Positions 20,507 through 32,279 of a stretch of 42,872 nt of DNA are shown piece by piece (positions within the stretch are counted from its first letter, which is position 1; the number at the start of each line of letters is the position of its first letter). Below the pieces are notes generated by a model that was given only the letters and a program-made list of their open reading frames with translations, did no database searches and was not told the origin of the DNA. Both the position numbers and the translations under genes were made by a program. The DNA comes from Nemertoderma westbladi. Lineage: Eukaryota; Animalia; Xenacoelomorpha. The DNA lies in the NCBI GenBank assembly GCA_032718475.1, contig JAUCBJ010000207.1:1-42872 (forward strand), written 5' to 3'.

Positions 20507-23500
20507 CTATTAACCCGAAACCCACCTCGAGACCAGGGAACACTACCCACAGAGTTTAACATTGACAGTGAAGGGCGCGCCGTCTCCGGAACGTATACAC
20601 AATCATTAATTTCTGGAAATAGGGAGAACCCCACCAAGTCTGTCAATTCAACTAGTCTTAATGGGTTGAGAGTAGGTACAGTTAACTGTCACGGATTCTC
20701 TTCGAACTTGGACTATGTCAGAGACATACTAGACCAATGCGACATATTTGCTATACAGGAGCACTGGCTCGATCAGGTAGAATGCGAGGAGCTTTTAAAC
20801 GAGTTTGCCGATGGGTTTAACTGCGAATCCATTGTAAGCAATTTAATGAGTAATGGAAAACGTTGTAGAGGTGCAGGTGGCGCCGCTCTTTTCTTCTCTA
20901 AGAGCAAGGTCAAGAGTTATTCAAAAGTTGAATCTGGAGATAACAACCTTTATTATTGTCACCGAAATCAATAACCAGTCTGCTATGTTTTTATCATGCT
21001 ATGCCCCAGATGCCAGTAAAGGCATTACAGCCTACACCGACTTCATAGGTAGACTTCAGTCAGTCCTAGACGAACACAAGTATGCAACACCGATTATCCT
21101 CATGGATGCTAACGCCGACATTGGCCCACTGCAATGTAGACGTCACACACGCTCTAATGCATCACCACGCGGGTCTGACCTCAACACATTCCTATTGGGA
21201 AACAACCTCGCTGCCATTGACACATTTCAGGAGTTTAGTGGCCCATGTTATACCTTCTTCCGCAATGGGGATGGGATATCCTACATTGACCACATCATCT
21301 GCAACACTACAACTACCAATCTGATTTCAGGCGTTGTACACGACCCCCGTCCTGCAGACAACACGTCTAACCATGTTCCCATCATTGCTCAAATCGACTT
21401 CCATTTGCCGTTTGCGACTAATACCGTCCCCTCCAAACGCTGCCTCCCAACTGCAAAGGGCACTCCCTACATTAGACTTAATTGGAAGAAGGAAAAACAC
21501 TAGACCACCTACAAAAATACAACACAGAGGTCAAATCAAAACTGGAGAAAATCGTCTCCAAAATAGAGAATGTGACTAATTGGGATCAGGATACTTTAGA
21601 TTTCATGGCCATAAACATACATGACATCATACGCTCTGCCGCTATGGCCCATATCCCAATTTGTAAGCCACACCATAAATCGAAAAATCACAGGATTAGA
21701 TCGCAGAAACTAGTGGATCGGGTGAAGATAACCAGGCTCCTCTACAATGGGTGGCACCAACGTGGAAAGGGGGACGACGACCCAATTGGAGCCGCATTCA
21801 AGGAATCAAAACGTATGACACGAAGGCTGCGCAACTTCCTGAACAAACAGTTTGTAAACTCAAACCTGGCCAATAAGGCCACACTCCACCAACGCAACCC
21901 AAGCAAATTCTGGAATTATTTCAACAAAAATAAGTCGCCAGTTAAGGTACCAGAGGAAGTCCAATGCACGATATTCGATAATTTACTTGAAGGCTCCCGG
22001 CGCAACAATTCTTCTTTTGACAATATTAACGCCAGGCTAGATCACTCCTGCCGCAACTCAACATGTCCTTCTGTTTCCCCCAGCACTGTCCGGAGAGCAG
22101 TTTCGCAACTGTCACTGGGTAAGTCACCCGATAGTAATTCTCTCGTTGTAGAACATATTTTACACTTAGATCCCGACAACAACCCAATCTGCAGTATCAT
22201 TGCTAAACTACTAAACGAATCGATCCGCCTCGGACAGGCCCCTCCTTCATTTGGTAGCACTGTAGTCAACTACATATACAAGGGTAAGAAGAAGAATACG
22301 TTGAATCCAAAGTCCTATCGACCAATCTCGATTGTAAATGTATTTGCTAAGATCATGGAAACAGTAATACTACAATATCTATGGAACTCTGATACATTCA
22401 GTAACCAAAATCAATTCGCGTATAAGAAAAAGTATGGTGCAGATATTATAATCTCCTTGGTGTTAGAGAACCTCGAGTACTATCGGCAACAAGGATCTCC
22501 AGTCTACCTCTGCCAAATAGACATCACATCGGCGTTCGACAGTGTCGACTACAAGATCCTCTTAATAAATTACTTGATCATAATATTCTTAACCCATATC
22601 TGTGTCGTATCCTGATGAGCTATTATAGTATCACCCAGCTCTGCTTGAAATTCAACAACACCATACTATCCACTCCAATCCCAGTCGCTCACGGCCTAAA
22701 ACAAGGGTCGCTACTCTCTCCGACCTTATTCAATATTTACGTGGCCGACATATTTAACATCCTTGAGAAGAATGGCGCCGGATGTAGGGTCAGGGATATA
22801 TGGATCGGCTGCCTTGGATACGCCGATGACTTACTACTCATGGCTCCCTCCCCAAAAGATATTGAATCAATGGTAAGGGTTGTCAACGAAGGAGCACACA
22901 ACTTGCAATTAGAGATCGAGGCCACTAAGACCAGATGGATATACAGCGGTAGCCCTGCACATATTCCAACATTCATAGACATCGGCGGGTCCTTGCTAGA
23001 ACCTTCCAGTCACATAAATTTTCTGGGTTTTAAGATACCATGTAGCAAGCTGATCCCCTTAAAGCAGCCATGCATATCTTAGCAGCGTACAGCGAGAGAT
23101 TCCAGAGACAAGGATGGACTACCAGACATTTAACCTGCTCCACCATCGCCACTCTATGGAATAAAGTAACGATTCCGTCCGCATTGTACAATATCCAGTT
23201 TTTGGTCGGTGCTATGACGTCCACCCAGTTAAAACAACTAGATGCCTACCATCGTAAGATCATGTGTGGACTGCTCTGCCTCGGTTCTTACACTTCAAAT
23301 ACTATAATCTACAATCTCATGGACTGCCCACCAATATCGGTTTCGGCTTTTCGCCTTTGTATAGGGACGCTAATAAGACTGACGAAGTGCCCAAATCATC
23401 CACTACAAACTTATCTGCGCCACTTACTAGACCTCAATACAAAGGGGAAATACCAAGGCCTCGGCAGCACCTACAAGATGGCCCAGACCCACTTCCCCCT

Positions 23501-23687
23501 ACCTCGGCTCGCGTCGATCCTTCTGTATGAATACTCCTTAAAGAGTCTGCAATTTCGTTTGTCAATTTCTAATCCCCCACCATATGACCTTGTCAGCTCC
23601 AATTTCATAAGAAACTGCTACAGCCTTAGCACGATCACATTTGAAACCAAGCATAAAATGATACTAGACTATTTCAACATTATATAG
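20507..23687 (+). pseudogene. LINE ORF2: APE endonuclease + reverse transcriptase, at least 4 frameshifts
   Basis: APE motifs TVNCHG, IQEHWL, CYAP, MDANA, YIDHI and SNH (degenerate SDH). RT motifs YRPISIV, QFAY, DITSAFDSV, GLKQGSLLSPTLF and GCLGYADD. Confidence 0.93.
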
Positions 23688-24479
23688 CATTCTCAGCATT
23701 GCCGCGAATAGGGGTTCATAATATGTGGCTGCATCCTCACCTGCACCTAGCTTATAATCCCTGACAATACGACCTAGTTATTTGACGTTTTAACTACAAA
23801 TTTTAAAAAGTGTCAAACTTGAATCTGTTCATTTTATCTGATACTTACTGTTTATTTAATATTTTATCGAGTTTGTTAAGACCACCTTAAATGGATCACC
23901 TGGGACATGGCGCGTCCTTCACTTGTAGACAATAATGCCTGTCTCACCATATTTTATTCATGGCCCTGATTTTTGTCGCCATTATTGCTACGTGAATAAT
24001 ATAATTACAAACTTATATGAGTGGTTTAGATAATTGCCCTTATATTTTACTATAAACAGAACCCACTACTAACTATTGGTGAATTTGTTTCTTGGTTCGA
24101 CCATTTTAATATGAAAAAGCCTATGTATGTATATATAGTTTAACTGTGTCGTATTAGAACTTACTAATAATTATTGGTGAAATCGATCCTGTATATACTC
24201 TTCGTGCCACCATGTTGTTCAGTTTTTATTTCTGCCATAACTGTGAATATGGGTTTTATATTATTCAAATAATTATGATTAAAAGTGCCAGCCTGCCTGG
24301 TTTCTATGTTGAAATGAAATGAAATTACCTTAAGGCTACACGGTCCCTTTAATTAGGTTAAACTCATCCCAATGCTCTATTTCTTACCAAGGCCCAACCA
24401 TCAGGAACGCGGTACCCACTGAAGTCAAGATAAAAAAAAACAAGAAACACATTCTCTACGGCATTCCAAAAACACCTTC

Positions 24480-25208
24480 TCAATTCCCTCTAGCTTCTTA
24501 TAATCCAAAATAAAACATATCTTACTTTAAAATTTAAACATTTTAAATTTATTGCTGCTAAACCTTTAGATTTATAATATTAAAGCGTTCGGTCCACCCT
24601 GATACCCATTTCGCAAACTGTAGTTTCTTGTTCACCGTCAATATAAAATTGATCTAAACATGAGTAACAATTCTTCGGCCTAATTTTCTTATTTAGATAT
24701 ATATACAACTTAAGCAAACCATTCAAACTCCTAGAGCTATCGTATTTAAAACGTAACAATACTCAATTAAATTCTAGAACATACAATCTGAAACTTCCAC
24801 GCACAACAAGTACACAGGGCCACTACAATATTAGTACATACCTCATAAAACAATGGAATGCCCTGCCTATTTCAATACGCAAAATAAAAAAATTCCAAAC
24901 ATACAAAACTAAACTACATAAACACTTATTAACTAGGTATAACAGGGAGGAAATTACATAGATCTTTATTTATTTTTGTTAATTGAATTTTATTTGATAT
25001 ACCTTTTTGTGGGGTGTATGTGTGGGTGTATGTGCTGTCTGTATGTATATGCGCTGTATGTGTTGTGTATAGAATACAGTAGGCATAGGTAAATTAATAT
25101 GTTTTCTGTGCTATATATACTGTACATTAATATCCTTATTTTTACGTAGGGCGAGGCGGTCTACCGTAGGTAAGTCAGTCTGTCTAAAACAGCTGTTTGT
25201 CTATAGAC
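24480..25208 (+). mobile_element. 3' fragment of a CR1/L2-group LINE (ORF2 C-terminus + 3' UTR, which probably resumes at 27371-27460)
   Basis: Translation ...LIKQWNALPISIRKIKKFQTYKTKLHKHLL...* (stop about 24961), then a TG-rich UTR and a stem-loop at 25156-25208. Confidence 0.7.
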
Positions 25209-26599
25209 CCAAGAAGGGCAACCTAACACTCTTTGGTTCTTTTCAGGGAATCTCATTGATCTCGATTGCTGCAAAGCTATACAATAGAATTCTATTAAAT
25301 CGCATCAGGGATCCCGTTGAGAGACTGCTCCGTGGAAATCAGAATGGGTTCCGTAAAGGTCGTGGGACCATGGAGCCCATTTTGGCACTTAGAAGGATAA
25401 TTGAAGAGTTATCAAAAAAGAAAGACAGGCATATCTGGCTGTTATCTTTGTTGACTTCTTCAAGGCCTTTGATTCAGTCTCTCGCTCACGTATGTTCAGC
25501 ATACTTTCATTATATGGGATTCCTGATGAAATTATTGCAGCAATCAGATCAGTATACGATGGTTCGACAACATTTGTGTCTACTGTTGACGGTGACACAG
25601 AACCATTTGAAGTGTTATGAGGCGTCCTCCATGGAGACACACTTGCACCATTCTTGTTCATAATTGTGGTTGACTATGTTCTACGCATGTCCTTAGATCA
25701 TCATAATGATGATGGGGTGATGATAACTCCACCTACTGGCTCCAGAAGTCGAGGAAATCCTGCCAAGTACCTAACTGATCTAGACTTTGCTGATGACTTA
25801 GGAGTACTCTCAGAATCACTAGAGGGAGCCCAACGGCTCCTCAGCTCATTAGAACATGCTGCTTCTAGTGTTGGTCTTTTTATTAACTCCAGAAAGACCA
25901 AAATTTTGACAGTTAACTTTGAAAGTCCTCAGCAAGTCTCTGATCGGATGAGCATAAGCTCAAAGGATGGTATGCTTGAGCATGTGGACGACTTCTGTTA
26001 CCTGGGATCATGGATCCGGAAGTCAGGTGAGGACCTTCGAATACGTAAGGGAAAGGCATGGGCAGCCTTGAATAGGCTTTCCAGGATTTGGAAGTCACCG
26101 AGAATTAATCGGAAACTTAAGGTCCGATTATTTAGAGCAGCAGTAGTTCCAGTACTCCTCTATGGGAGTCCATGCTCTCTAACTGCTGAGGACACCAAAT
26201 CTCTGGATGGCACATTCACGAGAATGCTACGCCGGGTTCATTCTGTCAAGTGCAATGCACACATCTCCAACCAGACACTATATAACATTGGAGGTGTCTC
26301 ATTGGTTCCCCCAAGCTTGACACTAGAACAAAATCGCCTCCGCTTTGCAGGACATTGCTTTCGCCGTGAGGATCAGCCAGTGCATAATCGTGTTCTTTGG
26401 CAGCCTCATGGAGTGAATAAGCATAGTGGACAGCCCATGACTTTCTTGAGACGCATCTTAAACGGCACTGGCCTTGAAGATGCGGATGATCTAGCAAATG
26501 TCATGGGTGATAGGGAGTTGTGGCGGCGCAATTTTGTCGACAAGCCAGCACAGCATTCTTAAAAATGCAGCTGCAATGCAGCATGCCGATCCTAGTAGT
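25209..26599 (+). mobile_element. 5'-truncated RTE-clade LINE (RT only, pseudogenised)
   Basis: PKKGNL...GISLISIAAKLYNRILLNRI, QNGFRKGRGT, FVDF.KAFDSV, GDTLAPFLFIIVVD, DLDFADDL, FCYLGS, RLRFAGHC and a short (TAG)n tail. It is flanked by 55-bp direct repeats. Confidence 0.92.
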
Positions 26600-26660
26600 A
26601 GGCGGTCTACCGTAGGTAAGTCAGTCTGTCTAAGACAGCTGTTTGTTTATAGACGCTTAA

Positions 26661-27366
26661 GGGGGGGGTATACCCCCCCCCCCCCCCCATGAACGTTTTT
26701 TTAAAATGGCTGTAAATTAGTGTTAAATGATAATATTGCTATTTTGTCATGGTCAACCACTGTATGGAAGGCCAACTAGCCTTTGTAGTAAAATTTGAAA
26801 ATTTATAGCCTCCCCCTAGTGGCTGGCGGCGGAATTAAAGATTTCACTAAAATTGCTACTAGTCCCTCAATTTTGTCCAAATTTTTTGAAACCAACTTTT
26901 TTGGACTCAGCGTGATCGACTCTACAAAAGTTATCTTATAGAATTTTTAAATAGCCATTGTTATTTTAATTAATTAATTTAATTAATTAATTATCATATT
27001 TTTAATTAAAATTGGCTAATTAGAAAAAATGGTAATATTTATCAAAATTCCATAAGATAACTTTTAAAGAGCTTCCAAAGCTCGTTCGAATGAGCCATAA
27101 ACGAAGAAAATTGGTTAAAAAATGACGGAGGAGTAGTAATTTGAAAATGAAAAATGTCATTCCGAGAAAATGCCCTTCAAAGTTTAAACCGTCCCGCCAA
27201 AATTGACTGTCTGTGTTCTGGTTGGTTAATTATTTCTGGCACGAAGGTTGCATACCAACGAGCTAAAATGTTCATTACGGGGGTTTTCGGGGTCGCTGAT
27301 TTCTTTTCCGATGTCAGTTTTAATGGTTTTAAGGGGGGTATACCCCCCCCCCCCCCCCCCCCCCCC
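26661..27366. mobile_element. MITE with TTAA target duplication and GG...CC termini (Kolobok-type)
   Basis: TTAA at 26657-26660 and 27367-27370. Both ends carry G(n)TATAC(n). There is a 21-bp internal inverted repeat (about 26926 vs 27045) around an AT palindrome. Confidence 0.75.
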
Positions 27367-27519
27367 TTAATCATCAGTATCGTGTACTATGTATTGCGTA
27401 TCACTGCCTTCGTAGCCCTAATAAGGCTTAGAAGTATTTGTGAATAAAATAATTATCTTATATATAGTAAGTTGTGAGAGAAAGAAATATATTAAATGTT
27501 AAAAAATGTTGAATGAGAA

Positions 27520-28910
27520 TATCTGACCAACACGACATGTCAGTTTAGCGTGTATGTGACAAACCGTGTAGCGCGGATCCTAAAGGACACTGACATCAAA
27601 CAGTGGAGACATTGCCCTGGATTGTTAAACCCAGCCGACATTGCTTCTCGCGGCGCCACCCCTCAGGAACTGATAGATACTAAGTGTTGGTCGCAGGGGC
27701 CTGCCTTTTTGCAAGGCCCCGAAGATAGCTGGCCCAAAAACTTGACGCCTGCAGAGATAAGACGGCAAGTGAAGGGTGCGGAAATCGCTAAATCTAAGAA
27801 CAAAGTGTCCAAATCGAAACTATTTAAAAGCATCGACATATCTTCACTGCATGTGCGCGAGAGTATGATCCCACCGAGCACTTCAGATAGTGATGCCCTC
27901 ATTACCCTCTCCATTCCAGACTTGACTGACGGTCTTTCACCCCTTATTAGCAGGGCCATGGATCACTATAGTTCCTGGAACAAACTTTGCCGTGCCGTTA
28001 CCATACTGAAGCGTTATGTGTACTACCGCTGTAATAAAAACAAAATCACGCAAGGTAGATTATTGGAGCACGAAGTAGACTATACCAACTGGCAGCTACT
28101 CGGAACTATCCCAAATGCAGGAAAAGGCTCCGACTTACGAATATCACCTTAAGAACCCCGCTTCACAGCCGAACGATAAATTCTCCAGTGTTATGTTTGA
28201 CGGCCTAATTAGAGAATTAGAGTGGGAGGTAGCCTCACAAACGCTCCACTTTCCCACGACACGATATTTCCCATTATTATCTACGATCCTGTCATAAAAA
28301 TGGAAGATAATACAGGATGTGCACAATCAGCTGTTGCACGCCGGAAGGGAACACATACTTAGTGAAATACGCACTAGGTATTACTTTGTAAAACCCAGGA
28401 AAGCCTTAAATAAAGTTCTGCGCAGCTGTTTACCCTGTAAGAAACTGTATTGCCAACCCATGACTCAGTTAGAAGCTCCCTTACCTAAGGAACGCGTTAA
28501 CTGCTACGAGCCCCCCTTCACACACATGGGTGTAGACTTATTTGGACCAATAGAAGTCTAGAGGGCTCGAACCATGGTTAAAAGATGGTGCGTTATCTTC
28601 GTCTGCATGACATGCCACGCCGTACAGCCGGATATGGTTAATGACATCTCCATGAATAGCTTTATCCTGTGCTTACGTAGACAAATCAGTAGATACGGCA
28701 CCAGCAATACAATGAAGTCAGATAACGGGACTAACTTTATAGGGGCAAACAACGAGATAGCACGCTCTATAGAACAGTGGAACCAGGATCAAGTTGACGA
28801 ACTGTTGAAGGTTTCCGCTTCCAGCTGAACCTTTAATGCCGCAAATGCACCCTGGTGGGGCGGGAGCTGGGAAGGATTAATTTGTAGCGTAAAGGTAGCT
28901 TTCCACCATG
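27520..28910 (+). pseudogene. BEL/Pao pol fragment (RNase H C-terminus + integrase), third family
   Basis: YVTNRV, WRHCPGLLNPADIASRG, H...HAG...C..C, PPFTHMGVDLFGP, KRWCVIFVC, SDNGTNFIGA, APWWGGSWE, with several stops and frameshifts. Confidence 0.92.
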
Positions 28911-28961
28911 TACTACCATATACTAACGTAATTTATCCTTACATTGCTTCCGTCCTAGTCA

Positions 28962-29108
28962 GTATCCGGACAATTCCGTCCAGGACAATTCGGTCCCAAA
29001 ACACAAAATTAATGGGACCGAATTGTCCGGGACCGAATTGTCCGGACCGAATTGTCCGGGACCGAATTGTCCGGACCGAATTGTACGGGACCGAATTATC
29101 CTGCTTCC
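28962..29108. mobile_element. Small MITE-like element built from inverted GGACCGAATTGTCC repeats
   Basis: Two reverse-orientation copies on the left and six forward 14-15-bp copies on the right. Confidence 0.6.
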
Positions 29109-30381
29109 AAGAAATTTCATAATTTCAATTAATGATAGCGAAGATATTTCACATAATAAAATTGTGATTGCTCTATTGATTTTAGGTGTAATTTATTTAT
29201 TTGTTTTAGTTTAAAAACCACTTTTTTTATAATATAACAAAAAAGTTTTTTGGGGATAAGGGATTTTGAGGTCGACAAATCCGATGGGCGAGGTTACATG
29301 CACCCGTTTATTTGAGAAATTGTGTAAATTATTGTAGCTCCCGCTATTGTACAAGCAAATTTGGTATTAAAAGGGGTTCAATTATTTTGACAAATTTCCG
29401 TTGCTCTGGAAACTAAATGGTAACTAACTACTGGAAGTGCATACAGTAGTCCAGTCAATCGATTGTCACTGTACTAAAGTTTGTCCGTACCAAATTTGGG
29501 TGGGTAATAAATATCCCACCAATTGACCCCTTGTTGCTATGTAAAATCCCTGTTGTTAAGAAAAGAAGCATGGAATTGAAAGTGATCGAATTTTGACTTT
29601 TTGTTGATAATTCAGATATAGCAAAATAATGTACTGTAGAATAAAAAAAAATTGGTTCGGGTGAATTGCGTATTAGTTATGGGTTACCTCTTATTTTTCC
29701 CTAGATTGACTGGACTAATAATGCCTATAGGCCGCAACGCTGCAAAGTGGTACCTTAAGAATAATTCACCAGAACGCTGTTAAGTTGACATAATGTAACA
29801 AATACATGCAACTTTCGAATGCCCATTTGAATTCCATTTAAAAACCAAATTCAACTATTTTTCCATTTTTGGAATCCTTGCACGGCCAGCTTTCCACTAG
29901 ACCCAACTAATATAAGATTGAAGAATAACTGCAGTACGACTGGTGCAATATCACCGGAAACACTTTTTTCAAACGCCTGTAGCTAAACAATGAAAGCGAA
30001 AATAAAAAATTTGGCTCACCCAATAAGGAGGAGATAGGTGAAACTATCTATGTTTCAAATTTCATGCAATCTCATTTATGATTTGTAAAAAAAAATTTTT
30101 TTTTGGAGAACCACTCAAATACGACATTATATTCCAGGACATCGTGTACGGTGGTGAGAATAAGCTAATTGCCTTTATTATTGAAATTGACCCTGAGGGG
30201 ATAGTTTTGTATTATTTTTTCCCGACTTGTACTGGGTCGAACGATTTTCAAAACTATAGGGGAAACAAATCTACTAGATTGGTTTCAATACCAACAAACT
30301 TCCTTTCAAACGACTTTCCCAATTCAAAAGTTCATTGGTTATTAAGAGAGGAGTAACTATTGTATTTGATTTTGCACACAA

Positions 30382-30673
30382 ACTAACCAACGAATTATTA
30401 AGTAATTTAAACAGGATGATCCAACTCTATAGCAAATGGAGCGGAAAAAATGAATTCGCCACCGGCGGGGATTGAACCCGCGTCTCCCGATAAAAGTAGT
30501 GGTTAGCATACCTGAACGTTTATCGGGAGACGCGGGTTCAATCCCCGCTGGTGGCGAATTCTTTTTTCCGCTCCATTTGCTATAGAGTTGGATCATCCTA
30601 TGTCCTGTTTAAATTACTTAATAATTTATACAATCTATGGATGTTAAACACTTAAACACTAACCAACGAATTA
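30382..30673. repeat. Fold-back tRNA-derived element (about 100-bp inverted arms) between 16-bp direct repeats
   Basis: Arms 30393-30494 and 30519-30626 with a 24-nt spacer. A tRNA-like anticodon arm and T arm lie at 30495-30556. ACTAACCAACGAATTA occurs at 30382 and 30658. Confidence 0.85.
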
Positions 30674-31047
30674 GATTTGTTTTCCAGAGTTTTGTAAAGA
30701 CCTTCGAAACCAATCTATTTATACTCGCTATTCAAGGTGTACTAATTATTTAGTACAAGTACACCACACCTTGGAACTACTGTTATACAATAGCACATAC
30801 CATTCCTTAATTAATTGTCGCACTGGTCTTGAGTAATTAAAATTAAATTGATTCCGGAATTTCAATCAAAACGCAATTATTTGTCATGATTTTAATATGT
30901 CTGGCTCGCTGCCTGTATCAATGTATACCATGTGCGAAGCAGAGTTGCAAAACAGCTGTAGTAAATCTAAATATACCAGTAACATAAATCGGTAAATTGC
31001 ATATAATATAATATAAAACGAATTATTACCACTAAAGGAAAACAAAA

Positions 31048-31779
31048 TCATAGAGTTCTGTTAAGTCTACTCCCTTTCAAAGCGTACATCTTAACTTTAA
31101 ACATCTTGCTAGGGAACCCAATCTGTGTGGCTTCTTTAATCAAACAGAGACCCGCCTTATGGAAAATCTCCTTAAATTCTTTGTCGGTGCGCGTGAAACT
31201 GCTATCAACATCATCGAAAGTCCTCCTACTAGCAACGTTGTCCTTCACGAATATCATACCTCCTCGACTCAAGGATTCCCGGCACCGCACAAAGAATCTC
31301 ACTAGATCATCGTCCTGTATGTGTCCCAGAACCCACTGAGACCAAATGGCGTTGTATCGCCCATCTTCCGGCTCTAAGTCCTGTATTCGACTGCATAAAA
31401 TTTGCCCGACTCTAGAACTATCGTTTTCCAAGTTTACTTTCGCTTGCTTCAAAAATTTCTCGCTAACATCGCTAATGTCGACTTCTTTGAAATACTTCAA
31501 CAACAATCCCTTTGTGACTCTGCCTATCCCCGCGCCGCACTCTAAAACCCGATGGGTGTTTATCTTACCAGCCCCTTTGACGAAGTTATCGAGGAATCGA
31601 CAGGAATCTTTAATGTCGAGGTCGTGTAGATGCTCGTAGCCTCCCAGCATGCCGTTTATGTCCGCATCCACGGTATCCCAATACTCTTCCGCTTTGGAAT
31701 AGAAATCGGAAGCAGCAACTGTAACTTCCGGAATCGCTGTAGACGATTCATCGCAGCTTTTCGATTTACCTGCCATCAT
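31048..31779 (-). CDS. NTMT1: N-terminal Xaa-Pro-Lys N-methyltransferase (NTMT1/METTL11A/Tae1 family), intact with a single-exon CDS
   Basis: FYSKA..YW...A.INGMLGGY, SAM motif LECGAGIGRVTKGLL, IWSQWVLGH..DDDL, VKDN and FDDVDSSFTR. The 243-aa length is typical for the family. Confidence 0.95.
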   Translation of the reverse strand: MMAGKSKSCDESSTAIPEVTVAASDFYSKAEEYWDTVDADINGMLGGYEHLHDLDIKDSCRFLDNFVKGAGKINTHRVLECGAGIGRVTKGLLLKYFKEVDISDVSEKFLKQAKVNLENDSSRVGQILCSRIQDLEPEDGRYNAIWSQWVLGHIQDDDLVRFFVRCRESLSRGGMIFVKDNVASRRTFDDVDSSFTRTDKEFKEIFHKAGLCLIKEATQIGFPSKMFKVKMYALKGSRLNRTL

Positions 31780-32015
31780 AGCTGTATAGGCCAGTAGGCC
31801 TACCTGTCAGAGTGTCAGCCTGTATACCGGGTTCAAATTCAAACTCGAGTAGGGTACCGGTATCAGAGTTTATTACAGTATTATTTGATAATGAGATAAC
31901 TCTACTTACCTGTATGAGATAAAAAGGGCATAATCGTCTTACAAAAATTAAAAATTTTCAGTTTATCAATCAGTCAATCCGCAACGTGACTTATGATGGT
32001 AACTGGGTAACCGGC

Positions 32016-32032
32016 TGACCGCCAGAGGGCAG
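32016..32032 (+). promoter_or_regulatory. CTCF-like motif upstream of NTMT1
   Basis: TGACCGCCAGAGGGCAG closely matches the CTCF core consensus. This is a motif match only. Confidence 0.4.
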
Positions 32033-32279
32033 GAGGGTATCCAGGTATGTCAGTATGTCAGTATGTACTGATGTATGGCAGTAGTAGGGTAGGCTTAGGC
32101 GGTTCCCCGGCTTTATATCCTAGAGCACCTTAGATCCTGAGCGAACTTAGATCTTGGGTGAACATAAATCCTTCCCTGCTTCACATACGAACTTAGATCC
32201 CACCTTGCATATTTGCTTCGCCGTACTGTAGCTGTGTTAATGTGAAAATTCACAAAGGCCAGCAGACCTTACTGTAAAT

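Larger units (their letters stand above)
18230..24325 (+). mobile_element. Non-LTR retrotransposon, RTE-X-like, near full length but degenerate
   Basis: ORF1 remnant with repeat array, APE endonuclease, RT, a 3' UTR of about 630 nt and a (GAAAT)3 tail at 24311-24325. The 5' boundary is approximate. Confidence 0.8.

Noticed and set aside
29400-29413. RFX X-box-like GTTGCTCTGGAAAC
   Set aside because: It is a single imperfect match in probable transposon remnant DNA, not near a gene start.
30495-30556. Functional tRNA-Asn(GTT) gene
   Set aside because: The 5' acceptor strand is missing, the base before the anticodon is C rather than U, and it is embedded in a fold-back repeat.
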